A stretch of 59,613 nt of DNA, counting the filler, from Sphacelaria rigidula (taxonomy: Eukaryota), in assembly GCA_964200075.2 (NCBI GenBank). It is 8 parts of 8 records of this genome, joined end to end, with 100 filler letters (N's around TTAATTAATTAA, not from the genome) between each part and the next. Parts side by side here need not be neighbours in the genome. Positions count along the whole stretch, not along the records: positions 29,861 to 37,224 come from CAXNAA020015243.1; positions 37,325 to 44,687 come from CAXNAA020015244.1; positions 44,788 to 52,150 come from CAXNAA020015245.1; 5 more parts are not named here. One strand, written 5' to 3'. The position numbers were made by a program, and so were the translations under genes. The notes under the pieces were generated by a model. The model made no database searches, was not told where the DNA came from, and saw nothing but the letters and a program-made list of their open reading frames with translations. This document shows, one piece after another, positions 33,601-44,960 of this stretch. How positions within the stretch are numbered: the first letter of the stretch is position 1; every line of letters starts with the position of its first letter.

Positions 33601-36600
33601 CATCATTGTTTGGGGAAACAGCTGTCATCTCTGTGGATCAGTTGGAATAGCTTTGATAAATCAGGCACTCGTATACAATGATCCAACAGCACACACACGT
33701 TCATATGATACCCAAAAAGTAATGGAAATCCGGAGAAGGAAGCGTTCGACATGAACCAGGTACACTGCTTCACACAACAAGTGATGAAAAGACACGCATC
33801 ATACTCGACTCAAGCAAGGAGACCCGTCATCAATATTTCGGGAAATGGCTGTTTTCATCCCTCGTGGATCAGGGGATTAGCTCTGACGAATTCAGGTAGT
33901 CAGCCGGATTTGTCCCCTCCCAAGAGCAAGCGTGTACCACAACATAGCACATCATGAAATGTTGAGAAACAAGAAAAATCACATACATGGGGTGCCAATG
34001 TGTTCCCGGTGAGCTGCAAAGATCGGACGAAAACGTCAACCGTCGCAAGGTGAAAATCCTCACTCGTGTTTCCAAAGGCTAGGCGCAGATATGCAACGCT
34101 AGCCGGGTACATCTGTCCAGCACGGTCTTGTCTGGTGTGCAACCGAGAAATCCGTCATCAATATTTTGGGAAATGGCTGTTGTCATCCCTTGTGGATCAG
34201 GGGATTAGCTCTGATAATTCAGGTAATCATTCGGATTTCCGTGCTGCATGACATATACATCGCGCTGTGGGCTTTGATACGATTCAAGGGGGACACAAGC
34301 GCCTATACGCTACTCGAAAAATCAGACAAACATCGACACAAACCAGGGACGTCGTTCCCACGTGCCGAGTAGATCGCAACAGATGTCATACTCTTCTGGT
34401 GTTGGGAGGATCCGTCATCAATATTTTGGGAAATGGCTGTTTTCATCCCTCGTGGATCAGGGGATTAGCTCTGACGAATTCAGGTAGTCAGCCGGGTCTG
34501 CCCTCTCTCAAAAGCACGCGTACAGCGAATTATCTCTTGTCATAATTTACCTCATCGAATACCGCACACCAAGTCGGTGCCAACAATGCAATAAGGAAAG
34601 GCGGAGGGTACCTACAGTGACCCCGAAGACGAAAGAAACATGAGTAAATGATTGGAGTAATCCCTGTGATAATGTCGTATCGAACACAAGGTTTATGGGA
34701 CAGCGCAATGTCAAAGTTCATCGTGCAACCCACCGACCCGTTATCAATATCTTGGGAAATGGCTGTTTTCATCCCTCGTGGATCGGAGGATTAGCTCTGA
34801 TAAATTCAGGTAATCACTCGGATTTTTGCGCTGCATGGGAATGCATACAGAGCACCGTGGGAAACAGCAACATCAGGCATACATGTTTCCGCACCCCACA
34901 ATCGATCTAGTTGGGCCTTTGCCGCGGAAAATACCCCGGTAAAGTAGAGACTCATGTTCGATGGGGAGGGAGGGGGTTATCGCACTCAAGACTCATGTTA
35001 GGAGTGTTTTGACACGATCCCCCATTCTTGTAATGGGATTTCACATCGTCCTGCAAAACGAAACAGCGCTAAGCGGTATGAAGAAATCTTTGAGAGGACA
35101 AGGGCTCTCATGTGAATATTTTCGCTTGCAGCGGCATGCCGAAGTGGTACCTTCGTAAAACAATGGGCTCATAGCATACCCCCCCTCTCCGCCCTCGCGC
35201 AGTATTACTCAGAAGTGCATGCACCATGACGCCCGCAAATGCGTGATAGTCGACTGGAGCGACGAGACCCGTCATCAATATTTTGGGAAATGGCTGTTGT
35301 CATCCTTCATGGATCAGGGGATTAGCTCCGATAGTTCAGGTAATCAGCCGGGACTTCGCCGCCAAGTGCGTGCATCCAATGCACAGATCATCTTAATCTG
35401 CACATTAGTACACAATTACCACGCCGTATCCAAGTATACCAGTTATAGAACAACGTTCGCGGATGAGAAAACAATTTTTTCGCAACCCTTTTTCCAACAG
35501 TGGCATGCACAACTGCAGGGGATTGAACCAACGCTGAGGACCCTTCATACGGCAACGACAACAAAACGCGAGGCCGACCTCCATCATGACGGAAGACGTC
35601 AACATAAATCCATGTTGTACAATGACTTGGTCCCCAAGTAGCGACCTGCCTACCATAATTTTTCTTCCATTATTTCATTCATTTGTCGCACCTTGATTCC
35701 CCTACTTCGTCAGTTCCACGGGATCAACCCCTCTTTCTCCATTCCAAGGTAGAGAATGACAAAAAAAAAACATCATCACCTTTTCCAGCACCTTGCCCAG
35801 CACCATTCTCCCGGGGGGGAACTCAGCCTGCGGATTGGGCACATATCGGTCTGACAGCAGCTTGAGCATGACGCGTCCGCGCACGCCACCGTTCAGTCGC
35901 ACGAAGCATCCCGCCTTGGTCACCGATGCCACGTAACACTGATTGACCACCAACAACAAGTAGCGTGACAGCAGCAGAACGTGAAAACCTCCAACAGGGA
36001 CAGGGTGTCATCAGTTGAATCCGCATCAATTGCACTGGGGAATAGTATTCATGATCCGGATGGACCACCCGCGCGTCTTCAGGGTTGACTGACAGCAAAA
36101 GCGAGCCCTCGAGTCGATGAAGGAGGATGTCTGTGCTCAACATTACACCTCACCACGACGGCCAAGTATCATCGAGGATAAGAAAAGATTCCGGGGTAGT
36201 CCACGGCGTTATTTGTGCGAAAATCGGCACTTGGTTCCGTGTTACATTCGAGGGGGTCACTTTACTGCTTTTTCGTCGTATGATTCCCCGGAATACAGTC
36301 AGCTCGGTCAAATACCCGCCTGGACACCAGTCACCGTGCGTTGCATCAGCACTTTTTTGTCTTCTTCATTTCCCGTGAACGTACATCCTCGACTTTTCCA
36401 TTACGGAGACGATCAAAATTAACCGGGACTGCCGTGAGTATATATTCTGCCGCCACGCCATCAACGACGCTCGATGAGGTGCCAATCTCGCAGCCGAAGT
36501 GCGGAGGAATTGGATAATGCTCTCCGTACAAGGTTCATTCAAATCGATCACGTCGTTTCAAAATTACGAGATTATTCATATGAGCATGCATGCAGGCCTG

Positions 36601-36816
36601 GTGAACAATACCTTGACAATGGATCCAACGGCAGGGGCTGACGGCTGTTTGATAGCCTTCGAAGGCTTTACCCCTTCTTTTAGTCTGGATTTCCGAAGAG
36701 ACAGCTCCACAGGTATAGTGTTGCCAGGCTTGTGGGCGAAATGTTCTCGGAATTGTTGCTCGGAGTAGGCGGCAGGGTGCAAAACGCGACACGTCACCCG
36801 CTGTCCTTGTTCGAAC
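30700..36816 (-). CDS. RRP5: RRP5 / PDCD11 rRNA-biogenesis protein (tandem S1 domains + acidic linker), partial; exons 36816-36612, 35938-35780, 32669-32499, 32009-31908, 31190-~30700
   Basis: GT-AG exons splice in frame: ...GSIVK|CYVASVTKAGCFVRL...LSDRYV...FPPG...GKVLEK|DEELNQVSLTF...GLKVKGVVTSIRDYGVFIQVQNSS|LTGLCHISE...YDVGDLVKAKVMQ|ADKKRKQLSLGLKASYF followed by a D/E-rich tract. This matches the last S1 repeats of Rrp5 before its TPR region. The 3' boundary of the last exon is uncertain. Confidence 0.88.
31566..31820 (+). mobile_element. Probable SINE or LINE 3'-end repeat in an RRP5 intron
   Basis: GTGTGTTGTCGTCCCATTTATTCTGG...CAGCCGGGGTCACACAGGAG...TTCCCTCGTC...TTGGGCAT plus A-tail. It resembles a dispersed brown-algal repeat from recollection only; no search was run. 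Confidence 0.4.
33377..35354 (-). ncRNA. Intronic array of 7 related ~90-nt box C/D-like RNAs (units ~33377-33470, 33593-33675, 33821-33910, 34147-34239, 34408-34499, 34735-34824, 35264-35354)
   Basis: Unit 34239-34147 on the minus strand: GAAATCCG A ATGATTA cctgaattatcagagctaatccc CTGA tccacaagg GATGAC aacagccatttcccaaaatattg ATGA CGGATTTC, i.e. terminal stem, C-like, D', C'-like and D-like boxes. Same strand as the host RRP5. Units are conserved and spacers diverged. The repeat itself is certain; the snoRNA identity is inferred. Confidence 0.6.
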
Positions 36817-37324
36817 CTGTTACGTTTCATTTGCAGCACAACCGACGGCATCAGTTCGTGCACATGGAAGAGTTTTTACTGGCAGAATCAAAGTGACAGG
36901 CGACGGTACGAATTGCAGATGAGATATCCACCCAGTTCCGGGGGCCGTCGGGATCATTGCACTGCATACATACCTTCGGCGGGGCGGAATAAGGGGCATC
37001 TTCAGCGGCTGGGCGACAACTTCGACCCGTGGCTAGTCGTTACGGGGTAGGACAACGTTCAATTGCGGAGGAGTGGAGAAAGATGGGGATCTACAGCCGC
37101 CATCTGATGTCAGACTAGAATATTTCGCACCCGGTTGTTGTGGTGTGCAGAGACTGACACAGTTCCGAGGGGGGGATGGAGGGGGGGATGGAGGGGGGGG
37201 GGGGGGGGCTTCTCATCATCTCGCNNNNNNNNNNNNNNNNNNNNNNNNNNNNNNNNNNNNNNNNNNNNTTAATTAATTAANNNNNNNNNNNNNNNNNNNN
37301 NNNNNNNNNNNNNNNNNNNNNNNN

Positions 37325-40300
37325 GGCCGGCGCAGTTGTTTGGGGCATGCGACGTCTGCGTCAGTATTTGTATGGCATCCCGTTTTTTTATTCATACCGA
37401 TCACAAGTCTTTGGAAAGCCTTGCCAAAATGGCGGAACACAACGCTAGGGTCCAACGCTGGTCCGAAATCCTGTCGTCTTACAACTTACAACTGAAGTAC
37501 CGCACAGGTCCCCAGAATGCAAACGCCGACTTCCTGTCACGCTTGCCCACACCAGCTCAACCTATCGATGAATCTCCCATGGGACGTATCACCGATCCCA
37601 CCGAAGACATTGTATATTTCATAAGCAGGAATGGACATAGAGGTCTCTACACACCACTTTCACTGAGAGAAACGCCGGCCTTAGGCACGGGTGAACTGAC
37701 GACCACAGCCCACGCATCAGTCCTAGGCACTTTGCAACCTCAATCGTTCTACTCAATTTGGAATGGACTGTCCTACGAATACTGTTGGCTATGCTTATTT
37801 TCGTGCAACTGGCCAGCGCATGTTTTCGCAGCAGGTGTAGAACCGTCCTTTGCTGACTCCGTCTTACCTGTTCAAGTTCGAGATTTGATTTTAAGTAGGA
37901 CTCGTGGACGGCGAACCGCCGAAACGTCCACCAAATTAGCTGTATCCGGTCCTGACCTTCCCCTCCCTGCCCCCACCGCGGTCCCCAATAGTTTCCTTGC
38001 GCCTCCGCAGCCTCCACGACGCAAGGCCCCCAGAAAATCGACCCCGATCGTGCCGCCCCTGCCAACCATAGCCGAAACCACGGCTGTGCCCCCCTCCAGT
38101 GGTGATGATATTGCAAAGACCACCACAACACCCCCCACGCTAATCGACGCAGGAGTAGACGTTAACGTTCCGTCTGAAAGTACACCAACTGGTAGGCTCA
38201 CCCTTGATTCCGAAATCACCGCTTCGTGCCAACCTCGCCCTGAACCGACCCCACACGAAGCCGACGCTCAAACAGATGGTGTGTTCAAGGAACGTTTGAC
38301 TCTCTTCTCTCACGCCGATTGGGCCCGGGAACAACAGGCAGAACATACTTGTAAATCAGCTATCCATTATGTATCTCAAGGCTGTCCATGTCCATTCTCA
38401 GAAACCGAATTCCTTTTGCCAATCGGGAATCTCAAAGCGCCCACCCAGGATGAAGTTGCTGAACTTTCAAGGAAAGGTATGCTTCATACGGATGATGATG
38501 GTATAGTTCTGTTGGTTCGCCGGCTCACAGCAGCCGTCCCCAGGGGGAAGCCTACAAGTCGACATGCCCGCTTGCTAGGTGATGAACCCATCCGCATCTA
38601 TGTCCCGATGCTCCTGCACCCATGGGTTCTACACGAATGCCATTCACAGGCATCGACTCATATAGGCGCCATTAGGACCTCCCAGATGTTGGAACGCTTA
38701 TATTGGTGGATTTGTATAGGTCAGTGTTGTCGTCGGTGGGTGAGGCGTTATCTTTTGTGTCAGGTGCGAAAGACTTCCCGTCAAACAGTTCGTTGGCCAA
38801 TTTTTTTCCATGCCACTCCCAAATGGGCCCGGTGAAGTAGTTTCGTGGGACTATTTTGACCCTTTGCCCTTGACGGATAGTGGAACTAAGTATATTTGTT
38901 GTTTACGGATAGATTTAGTCGACATGCGGTGATGCACGCCGTTCCCCCCAGTAGTTATACCGCGGAAGGTACCGCCAACATTCTTGTCTATATGAATATC
39001 CCACAGTGGGGTGTGCCCAAACGCTTACTCTCTGACAACGGCCCGCGTTTTTCAGGCAAACTTTCTGCCGCCGTCAGTGACCTTTTGGGTGCTCATCGCA
39101 TTTTCACTAGTTCATATCACCCTTCCACGAATGGTGGAACGGAACGAGTGAACCATACGATGGCACAGATGCTTACTGCTGTAGCAAATGAGAGACAGAT
39201 GGACTGGGATCTGCACCTGCCCCTTGTCCAAATGAACTACAATAAGTCAGTCAATGCTGCCACGGGATTGTTGCCGAATGCAATTCATATTGGACGCATG
39301 CCTAGGTTACCTTTAACGGTATTTGAACGCAAAAATACAGGTGGACATCAGAGTCTGGGTCGTGATGTTGCAGAGTATCATTTGTCGGTTAGCAATCGCC
39401 TGCGTCTTGCATATGAAGTGGGTCGAGAACAGAACCAAATCAATTTGGCCAAGGTGGCCAGGGCGAACTCGATGTTGGATGTTGTAGTGCATAACCGCCC
39501 GGTGTGGAAGGTAGGCCAGTGGGCATGGGTGTATAACGATGTGAAGACCATCAATCAAGGGGCTAGCTCGGAATCACCATCTTTAGATAAAGTGTTGAAG
39601 GCGAAACTATCCTTGAATTGGACTGGTCCTTGGGAAATTTCAGCTGTTGGTCGAAGCGCTACCGCACCTGACAAGAGCCCGGTGGGAGCGAAACTTTTGT
39701 ACTTGGGTTTTCCCACGGATAAACCTGGTTTGAAACCGAAAAACCACGTCTCGATGCTACGATGCAAACCGTGTATCCCCCCTCATGACTCCTCTGACAT
39801 GCCCAAACAACTGCCGGTAGGGCTTAGCCAGTATGTGTTGACCAAGTATGCGATCAAAACTCCGCCGTATCACATGACGGTCGAGGATGCGGATGCACCC
39901 CTGGGACGCGTTGAGGTAGATAGGATTTCGGGTCATCAACTGGTTCGCGGTCGTGGAGGTAAGATAGCGGTAATGTATCAAACACATTGGAAGGGTATCA
40001 TGCGTGTTGCATGGGAGCGTGAGGTTGATTTGCGTCATTTTCGTCGGGAAATACTGCTGTACTGGGTAGGAGATACCGTTCAACACCGACCTTTAAATAA
40101 GAGATATAGGTCGATGCGCAAGAGAGCTGCCGCTCGGGAACTGGCACGTGAACACTCAGCGCGGTTTGCTGTGACAGGATATAGCCTTCTTTCGCGTTCA
40201 CAATACATGCAGTGTTTTCACGGAAAACGATTGCCGAAAGGGGCGTATTTTTTGTATAAAGCCTTGGATTCACTGTGGTGGTTGCGTAGTGTACCGCGTT
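37325..40300 (+). mobile_element. Ty3/Gypsy pol 3' half (RNase H, long linker, integrase, chromodomain + extension), same family as the contig-1 element
   Basis: TDHKSL, RVQRW, NANADFLSR; HHCC region (ECH...THIG...YWW...CQ); DDE core (TDRFSR, SDNGPRF, YHPSTNGGTERVN); chromodomain-like VEVDRISGH...YQTHWKG...WERE. Frameshift near 38810. Confidence 0.92.
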
Positions 40301-40877
40301 CGAGTCGCTTGTCTTGCACTGTAGCATTGTTGGAAAACCATGTGTTCCCCCCTTCCCTCCCTTCATTTTGTTTTTCGTATCAATTAGCCCCATGCTTGTA
40401 GTGGTTGATGCTGTGTTTTGTTATTGGTATGTGGTCTTTAGTTTTTGTATCTTGATCTTTTTTTCTACCGTGTTTTGTTCTTGTTGCTTTGGATCTGATT
40501 TTGTGTTTCGATTTTCCTTGCCCTTGCGTCAATTGTTTTGATTTTTTTTGTCTTTTTTTTGTCTTTTTTTCTTCTTTTTTCGCCTTGCCCTTTGTGTTCA
40601 ACTTTTTGTGTTCAATGGGTACTTTCCTTGGTTAATTCTGGGTTCATCTGGCAAAGTATAAGTGACGATCGTTCCACTCCTGATCCCGAGTCTGGAACCT
40701 TGAGCCTCCGTCCTCCGCGCCGTACATTCACAAGCATTCCTTCTGCTGGAGCAATTGCCACGAGTAATTTATTTCTTCCGTTTTTTTCTCATTTCACGCA
40801 CATCTTGTCTTGCTTTGTTCATCGCATGGTCTTCATTTTTTTTGTTTTTTTGTTTTGATGGAAGAGTTTCCGGGGCA

Positions 40878-41170
40878 AGCGCTAGCCATAACTGACGCCC
40901 ACGTCTGGAATATTTGCGCTTTTTTTCAATAGCTCCGCACGCGGGTGCCGCCTCCCTCTTCCGGACCGGTCATGACGTGTCCTTTTTTTTTGTAATATGT
41001 TGTAGATGTTTTTATTTTTTTATTTTTGTCTTTTCGGTCGAGAATTTTAGGAGCGAGCGCTAGATATACCTGACGCTCCCGTCTGGTATACTTGCGCTCT
41101 TGCCCAACTGCTCCGTACACGCATACCGCCTCCCTCTTCGGGATCGGTCGTGACGTGTCCCCTTTTTGTG
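40878..41170. repeat. Imperfect ~180-bp-period duplication in the Gypsy 3' non-coding region
   Basis: AGCGCTAG..CTGACGC..CGTCTGG.ATA.TTGCGCT and CCGCCTCCCTCTTC.GGA.CGGTC.TGACGTGTCC each occur twice about 178 bp apart. Confidence 0.75.
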
Positions 41171-43927
41171 TGCGTACCACGCTGAGTTTTGTATTAACAT
41201 GGGCGACAGTGGCCGAAGCCGAATGCCTGAAATGTTTTGACCTTTTTGGCTGAACCTTTTGACCCTGCTTGCTCCATACACGCGATAACCGCTCCCGTTT
41301 ACAAGGACGGTTGCCACGTCTTGTTTTCCTGCTTTCTGTTGCGGATATTTCGTTCTCGCTGTTACCGAGCGTGCCCCTGGTTTTGTATTTATTTTTGGTC
41401 TTGGTTTCTGCGTCTATGTTGGGAATTTCGCCACGAGTATGCCAACGTTCCTGACCCTCGAGTCTAGAACACTTGGCCTATTTTTTTCGGGAATCCTGCC
41501 GCATGTGACCGACCTCGTTTATGGGAGGGTCACGGGTAATGCGACGCGATAATATATACTTTGATGATCGGTAAGTTACAACGAGGCCGCCACTGGCCGC
41601 GTCGTACATAGCGGTGTTGAACAATTGTTATTGAAGTCGCGGTAAAGTCGGCTGCAAACGTCTCCTCATACAGGACCATTTCGTATCATGGTAAGGTAGA
41701 TTGCTCTTTCGGAACTGTCCGTTCCGCCATGTCGATATTCGACCATTGGTAAAGCCTTCAGGCTCAGAGTCCGTCACTCGCTATTTTTTCTGTCACTTGT
41801 TACCAGATTTTGCGTACAATTACCCGCCCCTAAAATCGGTCGGTGGTATTTTGTTTTTATCAGGGAATATTGGACGAAGTAACGTGACGGTACGATCGGC
41901 TGTGGGTTTTTACTCCAGTTTGCGTTCGGGCCAGTCTCGTTTTAGTCCGAACGGGCATATACGGTACGGAGTTGGCTGCGTTGGTCCTCTCTTTCCTATT
42001 TATTTGTCGTGGTTCAGAAACGTGCTGAGCGATCCGCCTAGGAACTACGTAGTTGGACCGAAGGTTGTGTATGGTTCACTACGTTTCTTTTGACGTGTAC
42101 GGACACCTTACCTCACAAACCGGTCGGTTGTTTTCGTATCGTCGTGTGAGAAAAAAAAAATGCTGTACGACGGGATCATCAACCAGACGTCCCAAGCAAG
42201 TCGTTGTTCTCACAAACATGTACCGACAATTAACTCACGTCAAACGGGTTGAATTGTCCGTATAATTATATATATATTTTTATCAACGTATGGTTTTTGC
42301 GGGAAACTACCATTTCCGCGACGAAATCGGCTGTACGTTGCTGGCTTTTGCTGATTGACTGGGACGAGTGATTAGCATGAACTTGGTTATCGGAGTGATG
42401 AAATGCCTTGGCGGGCTTGCTTGTTTTTCTACCAATGACCAAAACCAAATCGGACATGCGGAAAAGAGCTAACTATTTTTTCATTATATAGTTGTGGCAG
42501 GGTAGGATAATCGTTGCAATCATAGGTCTCTGATTTTTGTGGCTATCCCGGAAATGCTCACGACACTCTGAAAACACTGCATTTTGTGGTATATGGTTTG
42601 ATTGTTGATTTTCGGTCTTGGTTTTTTTTTTTTTTTGGATTTTCCATGACCCCGTCTGAAGAGCTCACGGAACATGAGGGCACGGAATCATTGTTTCGGT
42701 TCGATTTTTTTTCTCTTTGCTTTGTGCTTGTGTTTGTATTCTATTGATATTTGTGTTGATCGCCCCTTCCCGTACCCCGTACCAGCGAAGACTCGAATTT
42801 CAAATGGAGTCTCAGTTCTCTGTGGTGTGGGAGAGGTGTGGCTCGATGCAAGTTCGTCCCTTTTTGAAGAGGAACTGCACTTGAACGATCCCGGATGGGC
42901 TAATGTGATGGTAAATGACTGCGTGCCTGAATTAAACTAGCTCTTTGGGATTCGCAGATGGGTCCCCAGAAACGACCGGCGGGTATCGAAAATTCTAGTC
43001 GAATGCATGCTGTATAATGCAAGATTTGAATTGTTTTGTTGTTGAAGCGTTGATCCAGCCCAATGAGTCGGATGAGGATTGTACCCGATTAGCCGCGTGT
43101 ACCTGCTGCTGCTACAGCTTTGATTGGCTTAAGGTACAGTGCGTCACGCTGATTGCTATTTATATGACAAGATTGTATGCGTGGCTAGGAGCTTTTGAGA
43201 GTAATTGTGAGCAGCATCGCCCACGATTCACTTGCGATCCACCTGCCAGAGAAAGGCTTACCGTATAAACTAATCACAAGAAGGACCACCAGCTTTCATT
43301 TGCTCTACGCGACTTCTCATTCTGACGCCGGCAAGCCGTGGCAAGCAAACACGAGTGAGTCACGAGTAACATAACCCCTTGGTGTCAGTTGGTGTTTCCT
43401 TTATTGAAAGAGCTCGGTGCTTACTTTAAATGACAGCTGTCTGCTGTTGACGAGTGCCGTGTGCGAGAGAATCCTACTGTTTGAGTTAACGAGTCGAAAA
43501 CAGGACCAGTGGGTCACATACTCACCCATCTTGGGTTGTGGCTTGCTCTGCTAACGAATACGTTGACAATTTGGAGCCTAAGAATTGGTACGTATGGACA
43601 GTGGAAAGGGTTGAACACAAAAAATACAAAAACAGTCAAAATGTTGTTTTTTTTAGTCAAGGGCATCGTATCCCCCCCCCCCCCCCCCCCGTTCTTTGTC
43701 CATACCAAATTTTAGGCTATTTATTGAGTGTGTTGGACGTGAGTTGACGCGGTGCGGGAGTGCTGACCCAATCCGCGAGACCAAAATGCACGGCTTGTAC
43801 CGAGAAGAGATTGGTTGATCCCTTGAGACCACGCGGACTCGTCCCGAGGAAGTTGAGGGATTCAAAGTGCGACAGATGATAATAAAAAAAACTCTAAATA
43901 TTCGCCGACGAATAGATCTGCAAACTA

Positions 43928-44171
43928 CAAATTGTAGAGCTCGGAAATGGTATATCAGTTATAATATTTTGGATAATGATTTCACACCATTATTCACCGT
44001 CGTTACGGGCTACGTATGCTACATACAGCCCTTGAAAATTGGCCCACATTTCACGTATTTTTCAGCTCTAGCGAAGTCAAATCGCGTAAAATCACGCCTC
44101 AGGCGCTACGCGTGACCATTTTAGTGATTAACGGTTAGACAACCATTTCCGACGAGCTCTAACAAATTTGT
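43928..44171. repeat. Inverted repeat pair, probable MITE
   Basis: ACAAATTGTAGAGCTCGGAAATGGT ... ACCATTTCCGACGAGCTCTAACAAATTTGT. Confidence 0.55.
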
Positions 44172-44960
44172 CTCTAGGCTGGCCTAGCTCGTGGGGATGT
44201 TTGCAAACAAAGTAAAGCCTGCACATGTACCGTAGTGTAAGTAGTAGTCGTTTCCTTTACATCTGCACGTACTAACATGTGTACGTGCATCTGCATGCAG
44301 CCTTGAATCCTACAGTGAAGAAGGTGTAGAACTACAGATGACATCGCCGACATCACCGCTGCCGAATACAAGCCTGCCTCCCGTTGCCACCGACAAAAGG
44401 CTCGACTCTGTGTTAGGGAAGAATCGATGTTTTGTGCAGAAGCGAGAAGAACTTTCCCAGATGTTTATAGTGGTTACAGTATCTGGAAGCCATTTCACAA
44501 CACGTTGACATGCAAGATTGTCTGTGTGGTGAACAAAGTGAGTCAGTTCAGTGTGGGAGCAGCAGTAAGATACAAGGACAAGTGCATCCACGATGAAGTG
44601 ACAATAATGGTGTCTGGGTTGAAGTCGAGGTTTATGAGATCCGGGAGACGGGTGTGGTGCGACCATCAGTTGGTGACAGCATCGCGANNNNNNNNNNNNN
44701 NNNNNNNNNNNNNNNNNNNNNNNNNNNNNNNTTAATTAATTAANNNNNNNNNNNNNNNNNNNNNNNNNNNNNNNNNNNNNNNNNNNNTCTCATCAAATGA
44801 AATACCAAACTGTAGTCAAGTGCGAAAGTGTAGAGAGTTGAGGGTACTATGTGCGGCGGAATTAGCCAAAAGAAAACGGCTGAGATTAGATTTTCGGTTA
44901 CAGTCTGTGCCGCGTGGTGTCGCACAAGCTGTAGCACAATTCCGAGCTCAATACTTGGTC

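Noticed and set aside
33821-33910. Plus-strand hammerhead ribozyme (GAAA...GTC...CTGACGA) or tRNA-like reading of the unit
   Set aside because: CUGANGA is intact in only two copies, stems I and II do not close on the core, and there is no B box or T arm for a tRNA. The minus-strand C/D layout explains more of the conserved positions.
33377-35354. CRISPR or TIGR-like array reading of the repeat-spacer structure
   Set aside because: Repeats are ~90 nt, spacers are long and uneven (~120-440 nt), no cas or tas gene is present, and the context is a eukaryotic intron.
33751-35641. Short ORFs repeating PVINILGNGCFHPSWIRGLAL as a peptide or exon array
   Set aside because: Antisense to RRP5, indels between copies shift frames, and there are no consistent starts or splice sites.
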